From assembly GCA_965371515.1 (NCBI GenBank), contig CBDUYR010000031.1, forward strand, positions 1-29,259: a stretch of DNA of 29,259 nucleotides. The letters are read 5' to 3'. The translations under genes and the position numbers were made by a program. This stretch comes from an uncultured bacterium (GTDB taxonomy: Bacteria; Krumholzibacteriota; Krumholzibacteriia; Krumholzibacteriales; Krumholzibacteriaceae). The notes under the pieces were generated by a model. The model was not told the DNA's origin. It made no database searches and saw nothing but the letters and a program-made list of their open reading frames with translations. This document shows positions 19,311 to 27,952 of this stretch, piece by piece (the first letter of the stretch is position 1; the number at the start of each line of letters is the position of its first letter).

Positions 19311-21008
19311 TTGAAGCGGTGGAAGAGACTGTCGGCGTGGGTTTTCGTTCTCGGTTTTTCACTTACATTGACGATGATCACAGGGTGCAACAACGATGTG
19401 GTCGAGGTGTCTGGTCCGTGCACGCCCAACATGGAGATAAACCTGATCATCGCCCAACCCCTCGCTCCCGCTCCCGGGGACACGACTCTGCTGACTCTTC
19501 AGAGCGAGGGAGAGGGATGTGGTGACTGGGCAGCATACACATGGACCGTAGAGGCCGGCGAACTTATCCAGGAGGTGGGGATCGCCGTCCAGTGGGTTGC
19601 TCCGATGGAATATGGAATTTACGACATACAATGCCGAGCTACGCTGACCGGCGTCGGGCCCAACACCTCGCAGACCCTGATCATGGTCACGGAGACCGAA
19701 TATCTCGAGACGGGCAAGGTGGCCAGCATCAAGCCGACGATGATGATCAACGACCTCTACTTCATCGCCGAGCAAGGAGAAGTCGGACCGAGAAGCAACG
19801 ATTTTCTCGGCTGGGCGGTCTACTCGCTCTCGGGGACGGGCGTGATAAAGCTCGTCACCGACACGGTTGAACCGTCCGACCGCGGAGCGTACGAGTTCGA
19901 ATTTGTCAAGTCCGGGGAGTCTATATTCGGAGCGTTCATCACTAACTACTATGCGCCACTGAGACAGCAGAGGATGAACACGTGGAAATTCCCGACACGC
20001 TTCGGAGACCCCGTCAACGCCAGCGAAGACGAGGGCGGAGTACATATCCAAAGGAAGAACCAGCACAGGTATCCCAAGGCAAATGTTAATGGCGACAAGG
20101 CTGTCTGGAAATTTCAGTCAGTCGGCGAGGCGAGCGATGGCACCATCGATCTCTTCAACGTGGCGTACTGGGACGAGTCGTCCGGGCCGGGCGGCTGGTA
20201 CACTGTCACCCAGAGTCACGATTCGGCAACAGTGATTGTCGGACCGGATACAATACTGTTGCACCGTTATTACAACAACATCAGGCCGATGTTTACGCCG
20301 AACGAGGATAATATCCTCTACTTCGTCGACACGACGCGCGTCTTCGAGCCGTGCCTCATCCCGATGGTCGGCGGGGAGCCCGACACGTTTAATCGCCGGG
20401 CGCTGATGGTCGATGAGAATACCGGCATCTTCGAGGAGGCCGGGGTCTACATGAGCGAGAACACCGTGTTCGAGTGGAATCCGAGTGTTCCCTTCCTCTC
20501 CTTCATCTCTAGCGGGACGATCGTCTTTTTCGATTACGCAAGCGAGATTGTCACGAAAGTGAATGAGCTTTCCAATGTCTCGGAATTCGCCTGGGCTAAC
20601 GACGGATCGCAACTTGCCGCGGTCAACGACATTGGTGTCTATCTCGTTGGAGCCGGCGGGGCCGCAGCGTCCGATCCTATATTCCGGAGAGAGAGAGCGA
20701 CAGACGACATCATCGGGATCGGCTGGAACAGTAGCGGAACGAAGATCGCATTCAGGCTGGTCCGCAAGGGCAAGACCGCGGTTGAGTCGTGGTCGGCCCT
20801 CGTGATCATCGATCTGAACTCGGGCTTCTGGTCTTATGCTTCGAAGTCGATCCTGTGGCACGGCTCGCGTGAGCCGGACGACATCGACTATACCTGGATG
20901 CGGGTACTCTTCAACGTGGACGACACGGGTGTCTACGCCCCGTTCCCAGTGCTCGACGACGACAACTATCCGGGCAAGGACGTTATTCTTATCCACAGCC
21001 ACCAATAG
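19311..21008 (+). CDS. Uncharacterised lipoprotein: Ig/PKD-like domain plus probable TolB/WD40-like beta-propeller
   Basis: TTG 19311 with GGAGG upstream gives a basic-hydrophobic leader and lipobox ITG-C. YTWTVEAGEL...VQWVAP...GIYDIQC is PKD-like. FAWANDGSQLA and IGWNSSGTKIAF resemble propeller blades. Confidence 0.72.
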   Translation: MKRWKRLSAWVFVLGFSLTLTMITGCNNDVVEVSGPCTPNMEINLIIAQPLAPAPGDTTLLTLQSEGEGCGDWAAYTWTVEAGELIQEVGIAVQWVAPMEYGIYDIQCRATLTGVGPNTSQTLIMVTETEYLETGKVASIKPTMMINDLYFIAEQGEVGPRSNDFLGWAVYSLSGTGVIKLVTDTVEPSDRGAYEFEFVKSGESIFGAFITNYYAPLRQQRMNTWKFPTRFGDPVNASEDEGGVHIQRKNQHRYPKANVNGDKAVWKFQSVGEASDGTIDLFNVAYWDESSGPGGWYTVTQSHDSATVIVGPDTILLHRYYNNIRPMFTPNEDNILYFVDTTRVFEPCLIPMVGGEPDTFNRRALMVDENTGIFEEAGVYMSENTVFEWNPSVPFLSFISSGTIVFFDYASEIVTKVNELSNVSEFAWANDGSQLAAVNDIGVYLVGAGGAAASDPIFRRERATDDIIGIGWNSSGTKIAFRLVRKGKTAVESWSALVIIDLNSGFWSYASKSILWHGSREPDDIDYTWMRVLFNVDDTGVYAPFPVLDDDNYPGKDVILIHSHQ

Positions 21009-21038
21009 AGTGGCGGGAGAGGAACAGGTCGACGCCCG

Positions 21039-22202
21039 ATGCAGTCCGACAGGCTGAAGAGACTACCTCCCTATCTATTCGTCGAAATCGACCGAAGAAA
21101 GGCCGAGTACGCCCGATCAGGACGTGAAGTGCTCGACCTCGGCATCGGGGATCCCGATCTCGGCGCCCCCCGCGAACTTGTCGATACGCTGCGCAGCTCC
21201 CTCGAACACGTCGAATACCACAGGTATCCACCCGATCGGGGGCTTCCGCGCCTTATCGACGCGATACGGGGCTGGGCCCGCGAGCATTACGGAGTATCGC
21301 TCGAGAGCGACGAGATCCTCGTCACGATCGGCAGCAAGGAGGCGATCGGCCACCTGCCGCTCGCCGTCGTGAATCCGGGAGATGCCGTACTCGTGCCCGA
21401 TCCCGGGTATCCCGTCTATTATTCATCGGCCGTATTTGCCGGCGCCGACCCTGTGAGGATACCTCTCCTGGCTGAGAACGGCTATTTCCCACGGTTCGAC
21501 GCTCTCGATCCTTCCGATCTGCAACGCGCGAGACTGGTCTATCTCAATTATCCCAACAATCCGACCGCCGCAACGGTCGGGAAGGAGAAATTCGAGGAAG
21601 CTATCAGCTTCTGTGGAGAGAACGCATTGTTACTGGTTAACGATGCCGCCTACAGCGAGGTCTCCTACGACGGAAGACAGCCGGCCCTCTTTCCTCTCGC
21701 AAAGGAGAAGGGTGCGGAGTTCATAGAGCTCTTTTCCTTCTCCAAGACCTTTTCGATCACGGGCTGGAGGATCGGATTCGCAATAGGCTCACCGCAGGTC
21801 GTCTCGGCTCTCGCGCGGCTGAAGGCCAATGTCGACTCGGGAGTCTTCAGCGCGATCCAGGCGGCTGCGGCGTCTGCTCTCGAGGAAGGCTACACGGAGA
21901 TCACCGGGCGTATAATCGACGTATTCAGGAAGAGGCGCGATCTTCTCGCCGCCAGCCTGCGCAGGGGCGGATTCCAGTTCGATGTCCCCGCGGCGACCTT
22001 CTACTTCTGGATCGAGGTGCCCGGGGGTGGGTCGTCCATCGATTACTGCGGGGAGCTCCTCGAAAAGACGGGTATAGTCGCGACCCCGGGGATAGGTTTC
22101 GGCGGGCACGGCGAGGGGTATTTCAGGTTGTCAATCACCGCTCCCGACGATACAATCCTCAAAGCCGGACAGAAACTGGAAAAGCTCGGTCCCTCTCCCT
22201 GA
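21039..22202 (+). CDS. dapL: PLP-dependent class I/II aminotransferase, most like LL-diaminopimelate aminotransferase
   Basis: RLKRLPPYLF, DLGIGDPD, GSKEAIGH, PDPGYPVY, LNYPNNPT, DAAYSE and SFSKTFSITGWRIG (PLP Lys) motifs. Substrate specificity is inferred. Confidence 0.75.
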   Translation: MQSDRLKRLPPYLFVEIDRRKAEYARSGREVLDLGIGDPDLGAPRELVDTLRSSLEHVEYHRYPPDRGLPRLIDAIRGWAREHYGVSLESDEILVTIGSKEAIGHLPLAVVNPGDAVLVPDPGYPVYYSSAVFAGADPVRIPLLAENGYFPRFDALDPSDLQRARLVYLNYPNNPTAATVGKEKFEEAISFCGENALLLVNDAAYSEVSYDGRQPALFPLAKEKGAEFIELFSFSKTFSITGWRIGFAIGSPQVVSALARLKANVDSGVFSAIQAAAASALEEGYTEITGRIIDVFRKRRDLLAASLRRGGFQFDVPAATFYFWIEVPGGGSSIDYCGELLEKTGIVATPGIGFGGHGEGYFRLSITAPDDTILKAGQKLEKLGPSP

Positions 22203-22585
22203 TGACCGCCGGAGGTCGAAAGTTGCTTGAAGAAAAAATTGTCCTCGCAGGGATAACAGTTTTCGGGTATTACGGCGTATCTTCCATGGAACGGGAGGTG
22301 GGCCAGAAGCTCGAGATGGATGTTGAGTTCTGGAGCGATTTCACCAAGGCATGCGTCACGGACGCCCTCGAGGACACGATAAACTACGAAAGGGTGTACG
22401 CGAAGGTAATGGAAACGGTTGAAAAGAACAGGTTCAACCTTCTCGAGACCCTGGCCGATGCCATCTGCAGGGAGATCCTCGGCAACTTCCCCGTATCGAA
22501 GATAAAGACCACCATCAGGAAGCTCACCCTTCCATTCCCCAACAGTCTCAATCATGTCGCAGTCGTTGTCGAACGGGAAGTCTGA
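22202..22585 (+). CDS. folB: Dihydroneopterin aldolase
   Basis: GYYGVSSMEREVGQ, DTINYE, FNLLETLA and IRKL motifs. Immediately upstream of folK. Confidence 0.9.
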   Translation: MTAGGRKLLEEKIVLAGITVFGYYGVSSMEREVGQKLEMDVEFWSDFTKACVTDALEDTINYERVYAKVMETVEKNRFNLLETLADAICREILGNFPVSKIKTTIRKLTLPFPNSLNHVAVVVEREV

Positions 22586-23108
22586 CGGCCCGGCCGCCGG
22601 GAGGGTGGTTATCTCTCTCGGATCCAATGTGGGGGAGAGGGAGTGGTACGTTCTTTCCGCGGCGGCGCGGATCGCCGCAAGCGAGGGGATCGTCTCGGCG
22701 CGGCTGAGCTCACTGTACGAGACCGGGCCGGTGGGGGAGGGATACTCCCGACCCTTCGTCAATGCGGTGCTGATCGTGTGGACGACACTCGACCCCCGAT
22801 CCATTCTTAAGATGGGACAACGGCTGGAGAGAGAGGCGGGAAGGGTGAGGGAGGGAGACTCTGGAGACAGGACCCTCGACATCGACCTGATCCTCTGCGG
22901 AGAGAGCAGGATAGACGAAACCGATCTGACAATACCCCATCCGCGCTTCATGGAGAGGCTGTTTGTCCTCGTCCCGCTCGCCGAAATAGAACCCGGATTC
23001 CCGCTGCCGGGCGGCGGCAGTGCCGCGGAAGCAGCGAAGTCGGAGAACGCGGCGGGAAGGGTCACCAGGATTTCCTCGAGGGGTCGGATAAGCCGGAAGT
23101 CCTTGTAA
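22554..23108 (+). CDS. folK: 2-amino-4-hydroxy-6-hydroxymethyldihydropteridine diphosphokinase
   Basis: ISLGSNVG, SSLYET, FVNAV, RTLDIDLI and LTIPHPRFMERLFVLVPLAEI motifs. The exact start is uncertain. Confidence 0.95.
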   Translation: MSQSLSNGKSDGPAAGRVVISLGSNVGEREWYVLSAAARIAASEGIVSARLSSLYETGPVGEGYSRPFVNAVLIVWTTLDPRSILKMGQRLEREAGRVREGDSGDRTLDIDLILCGESRIDETDLTIPHPRFMERLFVLVPLAEIEPGFPLPGGGSAAEAAKSENAAGRVTRISSRGRISRKSL

Positions 23109-23119
23109 ACAGGTAGATA

Positions 23120-23148
23120 TTGACTTCCGATATCATTTTGACTACGGT
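23120..23148 (+). promoter_or_regulatory. Putative internal sigma70-type promoter for dnk-panB-panC and downstream genes
   Basis: TTGACT (23120-23125)-N17-TACGGT (23143-23148), 7 nt before ATG 23156. Confidence 0.5.
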
Positions 23149-23155
23149 AAGGCGC

Positions 23156-23830
23156 ATGGAAGATCTCAGCAGCAGACTGACCGGTTCCGGCATCAGGTAT
23201 ATTGCCATCGAGGGGAGCATAGGCGCGGGCAAGACGACCGTAGCGAGGCTCCTCGCCGAAGATACCAGAGCGCGGCTCTTTCTTGAGGAGGTCGACGACA
23301 ATCCCTTCATCGAGAAGTTCTACGGTGACATGGGAGGGTATGCCTTCCAGGCGCAGATCTTCTTTCTTCTCAACAGGTACAGGCAGCAGACGGAGATTGC
23401 CCAGCAGGACCTGTTTTCCGACCTGATGATCGCCGACTACCTCTTCGCCAAGGACAGGATCTATGCCCACGCCGTGCTGGGCGACGATGAGCTAGTCCTG
23501 TACAACAGAATGCACTCGCTCCTCGAGGGCAGGATCATCAAACCCGACCTGGTCATCTATCTCCAGGCCGACCCGGAGGTCCTTCTGCAGAGGATCAGAA
23601 AGAGGGGCAGGTCGTTTGAGAAGAACATAAGCGATGAATATATCAGCGGGCTCAACGAGGCGTTCAATCATTTTTTTTTCCACTACGACGAATCGCCGCT
23701 TCTTATAGTAAATACGGACAGGCTCGATTTCACGGCTAACCGGGACCACCTTGACGACTTTTTCTCGAGGATCTCGGAGAAGTTCGAGGGTACGCAGTAC
23801 TACGTACCTTCCTGGGAGAATGATCTGTGA
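23156..23830 (+). CDS. Deoxynucleoside kinase (dAK/dGK family)
   Basis: IAIEGSIGAGKTT P-loop, NPFIEKFY, QIFFLLNRYRQ, PDLVIYLQA and RIRKRGRSFE motifs. Confidence 0.93.
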   Translation: MEDLSSRLTGSGIRYIAIEGSIGAGKTTVARLLAEDTRARLFLEEVDDNPFIEKFYGDMGGYAFQAQIFFLLNRYRQQTEIAQQDLFSDLMIADYLFAKDRIYAHAVLGDDELVLYNRMHSLLEGRIIKPDLVIYLQADPEVLLQRIRKRGRSFEKNISDEYISGLNEAFNHFFFHYDESPLLIVNTDRLDFTANRDHLDDFFSRISEKFEGTQYYVPSWENDL

Positions 23831-24693
23831 TGAAGGACAAGATCACGAAGACGACCATTCTGAAGATGAAGAAAAAGAACGAGAAGATAGCGGCGATCAC
23901 GTCCTACGACTATCTCTCAACGAAGCTGATCGATGACACGGGCATCGACATAATACTCGTCGGCGATTCTCTCGGTATGGTCGTGATGGGGTACGAGAAC
24001 ACACTGCCTGTGACGATGGAGGAGATCATCCATCATCTCAAGGCGGTCACGAGGGCGAGGCCGAAGGCGATCGTGATCGGCGACATGCCATTCATGTCGT
24101 ACCAGGCGAGCGTCGAGGACGCAGTGAGGAACGCCGGCAGGCTAGTTAAGGAAGGCGGCGCGCAGAGCGTAAAGCTCGAGGGCGGCGAGAGATACGTGCC
24201 GGTCGTCGAGGCGATTGTGCAGGCGTCGATCCCGGTGGTCGGCCATCTCGGTCTCACACCTCAGTCGCTCCACGAGTTCGGCGGATACCGGATCCAGGGC
24301 AAGGACAGAGAGTCGGCCGAACGGATGATAAGCGACGCGAAGGCGCTCGAGAAGGCGGGCTGTTTCGCCGTGGTCCTCGAGGGAATTCCCTGGCAGCTGG
24401 CGAAAACGATCACCGAATCGGTCTCGATCGTGACTATAGGAATCGGCGCCGGCCCGCACTGCGACGGGCAGGTGCTCGTAATCCAGGACATGCTCGGTAT
24501 ATACGTCGAGCCGCTCCCGAAGTTCGTCAAGATGTACGAGGAGCTTGGCGATAGGATAAGGGGCGCTGTCTCCGCGTATGTGAGGGACGTCAAGGACGGA
24601 CGGTTCCCCGGCATGGAGCACAGCTACTCCGCCGAAAAGACGAAGGGCCCGTCCGATGACTCTAAGGATGAAAAAGGCGACATCGCTCACTGA
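23830..24693 (+). CDS. panB: 3-methyl-2-oxobutanoate hydroxymethyltransferase
   Basis: TSYD, ILVGDSLGM, DMPFMSY, VKLEGG, GHLGLTPQS and IGIGAGPHCDGQVLV motifs. Confidence 0.98.
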   Translation: MKDKITKTTILKMKKKNEKIAAITSYDYLSTKLIDDTGIDIILVGDSLGMVVMGYENTLPVTMEEIIHHLKAVTRARPKAIVIGDMPFMSYQASVEDAVRNAGRLVKEGGAQSVKLEGGERYVPVVEAIVQASIPVVGHLGLTPQSLHEFGGYRIQGKDRESAERMISDAKALEKAGCFAVVLEGIPWQLAKTITESVSIVTIGIGAGPHCDGQVLVIQDMLGIYVEPLPKFVKMYEELGDRIRGAVSAYVRDVKDGRFPGMEHSYSAEKTKGPSDDSKDEKGDIAH

Positions 24694-25570
24694 GGCCGCC
24701 GGGATCCTCGCCGAAGTGCGGCGTAAGGGTCTCAGCATCGGCCTCGTTCCCACGATGGGCGCCCTTCATGAGGGGCACATCAGCCTCGTGAAGATGTCGC
24801 TCGCCCGCTCCGGCTACACCGCCGTATCGATCTTCGTCAACCCGAAGCAGTTTGGTGAGGGGGAAGATCTCGACGAATATCCCAGGACAGAGGATAAGGA
24901 TGCGGCGCTCCTTGAGGAGCTCGGCTGCGACCTGCTCTTCATGCCAGGCCCGGGCTCGCTTTACTCCGACTCCGACAGGACCTCGGTGAGCCTCTCCGGC
25001 CTCGGCGATTATCTCTGCGGCGCCGATAGGCCCGGGCACTTCGACGGCGTACTGCTCGTAGTCTCGAAGCTTTTCAACATCATTCGTCCCGACTACGCCT
25101 TTTTCGGGCAGAAAGATGCGCAGCAGGCGGTGATCATACAGAGGATGGCGGCTGATCTCGATTTCCCCGTCCGCATATTCCTCGGCCCCACGGTCAGGGA
25201 GAAGGACGGGCTTGCGATGAGTTCGCGCAACAGGTATCTCTCCCGGGAAGAGAGAGCCAAAGCACCCAAAATGCGAGAGGGACTACTCGCGGCGGCCGGA
25301 GCGATCGAGAAGGGCGAGAGGGACGCGTCAGCTCTGAAGGATATCGTGACCGCCTCGATGGATGCCGGCGGGTTCGAGATAGATTACGTCGAATGCGTAG
25401 ACGGCGGCACCCTTCAGCCCTTACAGTCAGTCGACGGGACCGTTCTCCTGGCTGCCGCCGGGAAGCTGGGTGCAACAAGACTGATAGACAACATAGCGAT
25501 GGAAGTCGGCCGGGACGGGGTCGTTGAAACGCTTCTGGAATTTCCCGAATGGAGCAGATATGAAGGGTGA
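24668..25570 (+). CDS. panC: Pantoate--beta-alanine ligase
   Basis: VPTMGALHEGH, SIFVNPKQF, RPGHFDGV, FGQKDAQQ, DGLAMSSRN and TRLIDN motifs. ATG 24656 is an alternative start. Confidence 0.97.
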   Translation: MKKATSLTEAAGILAEVRRKGLSIGLVPTMGALHEGHISLVKMSLARSGYTAVSIFVNPKQFGEGEDLDEYPRTEDKDAALLEELGCDLLFMPGPGSLYSDSDRTSVSLSGLGDYLCGADRPGHFDGVLLVVSKLFNIIRPDYAFFGQKDAQQAVIIQRMAADLDFPVRIFLGPTVREKDGLAMSSRNRYLSREERAKAPKMREGLLAAAGAIEKGERDASALKDIVTASMDAGGFEIDYVECVDGGTLQPLQSVDGTVLLAAAGKLGATRLIDNIAMEVGRDGVVETLLEFPEWSRYEG

Positions 25571-26321
25571 AGGAGCGGTCGCCGCGGTAATACTCGCCGC
25601 GGGCGAAGGGAAGAGGATGAAATCGGACCTGGCGAAGGTCCTGCACGAGATAAACGGACTCCCGATGATCGCGCACGTTCTCAACGCGCTCAGCGAGGTA
25701 TCACCTTCGAAGACCATCGTTGTAGTCGGGCATCAGGCTGAGGCCGTCAAAGAGAGGCTCAGTGGTGGGGGTCCGGGATTCGAAGGGCTCGAGTTCGCCC
25801 TTCAGAGCGAACGTCTCGGCACGGGACACGCGGTGATGCAGGCCCGCCCCGCGCTGGAAGGATTCGACGGGACGATAATGGTGCTTACAGGGGATACGCC
25901 ACTGCTCGGAGGGAGCACTCTCGCCGGGTTCCTGCGCTTTCACAGGGAGACGGGCGCTTCGGCCACTGTCATGTCAGCGGTACTCGAGGATGCATCCGGG
26001 TATGGGCGGATTGTGAGGGACGGCGACGATGATCTGCTCGAGATAGTCGAGCACAAGGACGCGACCGAGAAGCAGAGGCTCCTCGGCGAGTTCAACAGCG
26101 GTATGTTCTGCTTCGAGAGCGATATCCTCTTTCCGGCGCTCGACCGTGTCGATCGCGGGAACGTGCAGGGCGAATACTATCTCACAGACGTAATCGGTAT
26201 ACTGCGCGGCGAGGGCCGCAAGGTCGCTGTTTTCAGGATAGATAACAGCGACGAAGTCATGGGGATCAACGACCGCGATCAGCTCGCGCTGGCGGAAAGG
26301 ATGATGAAGGGAGATGGATAG
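25560..26321 (+). CDS. Sugar-phosphate nucleotidyltransferase: stand-alone GlmU N-terminal (uridyltransferase) domain
   Basis: ILAAGEGKRMKS..KVLH, QSERLGTGHAV, GDTPLL, GYGRIVR, EIVEHKDAT, NVQGEYYLTD and GINDRDQL motifs. It stops where the GlmU left-handed beta-helix would begin. Confidence 0.9.
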   Translation: MKGEGAVAAVILAAGEGKRMKSDLAKVLHEINGLPMIAHVLNALSEVSPSKTIVVVGHQAEAVKERLSGGGPGFEGLEFALQSERLGTGHAVMQARPALEGFDGTIMVLTGDTPLLGGSTLAGFLRFHRETGASATVMSAVLEDASGYGRIVRDGDDDLLEIVEHKDATEKQRLLGEFNSGMFCFESDILFPALDRVDRGNVQGEYYLTDVIGILRGEGRKVAVFRIDNSDEVMGINDRDQLALAERMMKGDG

Positions 26322-26811
26322 GGTCTATGCTCCCTGGCGGAGCAGGTATTTCAGCATGGAGAAGGGTGAAGGCTGTCTCTTCTGCGAGATACAGAAGGAG
26401 AAGGACGACGAACTCGTCGGTATACTGGCAAGGGGCAGTCACTGGTTCGTTCTCCTCAATACCTTCCCATATACGAACGGACACATGATGATCGTGGCCA
26501 ACCGTCATATCGGAAGCTTCGGCGATATCACGGGTGAGGAGGGCGCGGAGCTCGTGCAGTTTCTTGCACAGTGCGAGAAGGCCCTCGAAAGGTCGTACGC
26601 TCCCGACGGCATGAATATCGGCGTGAACAAGGGCGCGAGCGGCGGAGCGGGAATCGTGGGTCACATACATTTCCATCTCGTGCCGAGATGGACGGGGGAT
26701 ACGAACTTCATGACGGCACTGGCCGAGACGAGGGTCGTGTCCGAGGACCTGGCAGCTTCGTGGAAGAAACTGCGCCCTTATTTTGAAGATGGTGGGGAGG
26801 ATGGCGCGTAA
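26314..26811 (+). CDS. HIT-family hydrolase/phosphorylase (Ap4A phosphorylase-like subgroup)
   Basis: YAPWR, CLFC, LNTFPYTNGH, GMNIGVN.G...GAGI and HIHFHLVPRW.GD.NF motifs. Confidence 0.92.
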   Translation: MDRVYAPWRSRYFSMEKGEGCLFCEIQKEKDDELVGILARGSHWFVLLNTFPYTNGHMMIVANRHIGSFGDITGEEGAELVQFLAQCEKALERSYAPDGMNIGVNKGASGGAGIVGHIHFHLVPRWTGDTNFMTALAETRVVSEDLAASWKKLRPYFEDGGEDGA

Positions 26812-27223
26812 AAAGAAGAAGAATCGAGGCTTCCCCGCCGTGGCAGTGATCATGACCATGGTCGTGGTTCTCATGGGCTTGTCCCTTGCCGTCAGATGGA
26901 CCGGTATAGGCAGGAACCTGTCGGCCCCCGAGGTTCCTTTCCAGATAGAAGTTCTGAACGGCACGGGGGAGCCGGGTGTGGCGAGGGAAGTAACGAGGCA
27001 GCTGCGGCAGATGGGGATCGACGTGCTGATAGAGGGAAACGCGGGGTGTTTCGATTACCGGGAAACGGTCCTGGTGGACAGAAAGGGAAACTCCGTGCTG
27101 ATGAGGAAGTTGTCGAGAAGGCTGGGCATCGGGAGGGTCGTTACGCAGATCCAGGAGAGGCCGCTCGTCGACGCCACCCTCGTTGTCGGCTGGGACAGGG
27201 AAAGACTCAGGTTGCAGCGCTAG
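26801..27223 (+). CDS. Membrane-anchored LytR C-terminal domain protein
   Basis: Basic N-terminus and TM helix, then IEVLNGTGEPGVAREV...GNA...DATLVVGWD (LytR_C). SD GGAGG. Confidence 0.85.
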   Translation: MARKKKKNRGFPAVAVIMTMVVVLMGLSLAVRWTGIGRNLSAPEVPFQIEVLNGTGEPGVAREVTRQLRQMGIDVLIEGNAGCFDYRETVLVDRKGNSVLMRKLSRRLGIGRVVTQIQERPLVDATLVVGWDRERLRLQR

Positions 27224-27260
27224 CCGATCTCTGCTACTTTGATTGACCGGAGGTGACGCT

Positions 27261-27530
27261 TTGTCGGCAAAGAGACGGATAGGCATGGTGGCTCTTGTAT
27301 TCTTACTGGGAGTGGTCCTGGGAAGCGTAGTCGGCGAGCTGATAGGTCTGCTTCTCCCCGATGACAACGTGATCCGGGAGCTGTTCGTCTCGGGCAAGGT
27401 GCTGCGTGTAGGCCCGTTGCACCTCGATCTGATAGTATTAACATTCACAATAGAATTTTCGCTCAAGGTCAATCTCGTAAGCGTTCTCGGAATTATCGTC
27501 GTGGCGTTCCTGCTGAGGATGTACTGCTAG
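27261..27530 (+). CDS. DUF4321-family small membrane protein
   Basis: GVVLGSVVGELIG...GPLHLDLIVLTFTIEFSLKVNLVSVLG pattern. TTG 27261 with GGAGG upstream. Confidence 0.75.
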   Translation: MSAKRRIGMVALVFLLGVVLGSVVGELIGLLLPDDNVIRELFVSGKVLRVGPLHLDLIVLTFTIEFSLKVNLVSVLGIIVVAFLLRMYC

Positions 27531-27544
27531 GAGGTCGGATAAAG

Positions 27545-27769
27545 ATGTTCTCGATTCCACAATTCATGCTCATAGGCCCGCTCGGATGGTCCGAGCTCCT
27601 GATCATCCTCGTCATCATCCTGATCTTCTTCGGCCCGCGCAGGCTGCCCGAGGTAGCGGAGGCTATAGGGAAGTCGCTCCGCAAGTTCAAGAAAGCCTCC
27701 AAGGACGTTCAGGATGAGATCAAAGCTGAGACGAAGGAGATCACGGAAGACGACGACAAGGAGGGCTGA
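27545..27769 (+). CDS. tatA: Twin-arginine translocase TatA/E subunit
   Basis: GWSELLIILVIILIFFGPRRLPEVAEAIGKSLRKFKKA. SD AGGAGG. Confidence 0.95.
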   Translation: MFSIPQFMLIGPLGWSELLIILVIILIFFGPRRLPEVAEAIGKSLRKFKKASKDVQDEIKAETKEITEDDDKEG

Positions 27770-27781
27770 TACTCTCCTGGT

Positions 27782-27795
27782 CCTGAAATGAAAAT
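27782..27795 (+). repeat. 14-bp direct repeat, copy 1 (CCTGAAATGAAAAT)
   Basis: Identical to 29241-29254. The two copies flank intI. Confidence 0.7.
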
Positions 27796-27799
27796 GAGC

Positions 27800-27830
27800 A
27801 GGCCGTCCGGCATATGCCGGACGGCCTTTT
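27800..27830 (+). terminator. Intrinsic terminator closing the long + strand operon
   Basis: Perfect 28-bp palindrome AGGCCGTCCGGCATATGCCGGACGGCCT (27800-27827) followed by a T-run. Confidence 0.8.
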
Positions 27831-27879
27831 AGTGCTTAAGAGATTGCAGGCAATCATACCTGCTTCTAATTCTATCTGC

Positions 27880-27908
27880 TTGACGAAAAAGGTATGTCCT
27901 CGTATGAT
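27880..27908 (+). promoter_or_regulatory. Putative intI promoter (Pint)
   Basis: TTGACG (27880-27885)-N17-TATGAT (27903-27908). Confidence 0.6.
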
Positions 27909-27952
27909 TATCCTGCCAGGGGGACATCACTACAATCAAGGAAGAGTCAAGA

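Noticed and set aside
23671..23679. T9 run inside the deoxynucleoside kinase gene as a slippage site
   Set aside because: It is in frame, encodes the H-F-F-F segment, and the ORF is intact.
27831..27952. Canonical attI and cassette array upstream of intI on the opposite strand
   Set aside because: I found no convincing GTTRRRY core on the minus strand, and there is no space before the tatA terminator.
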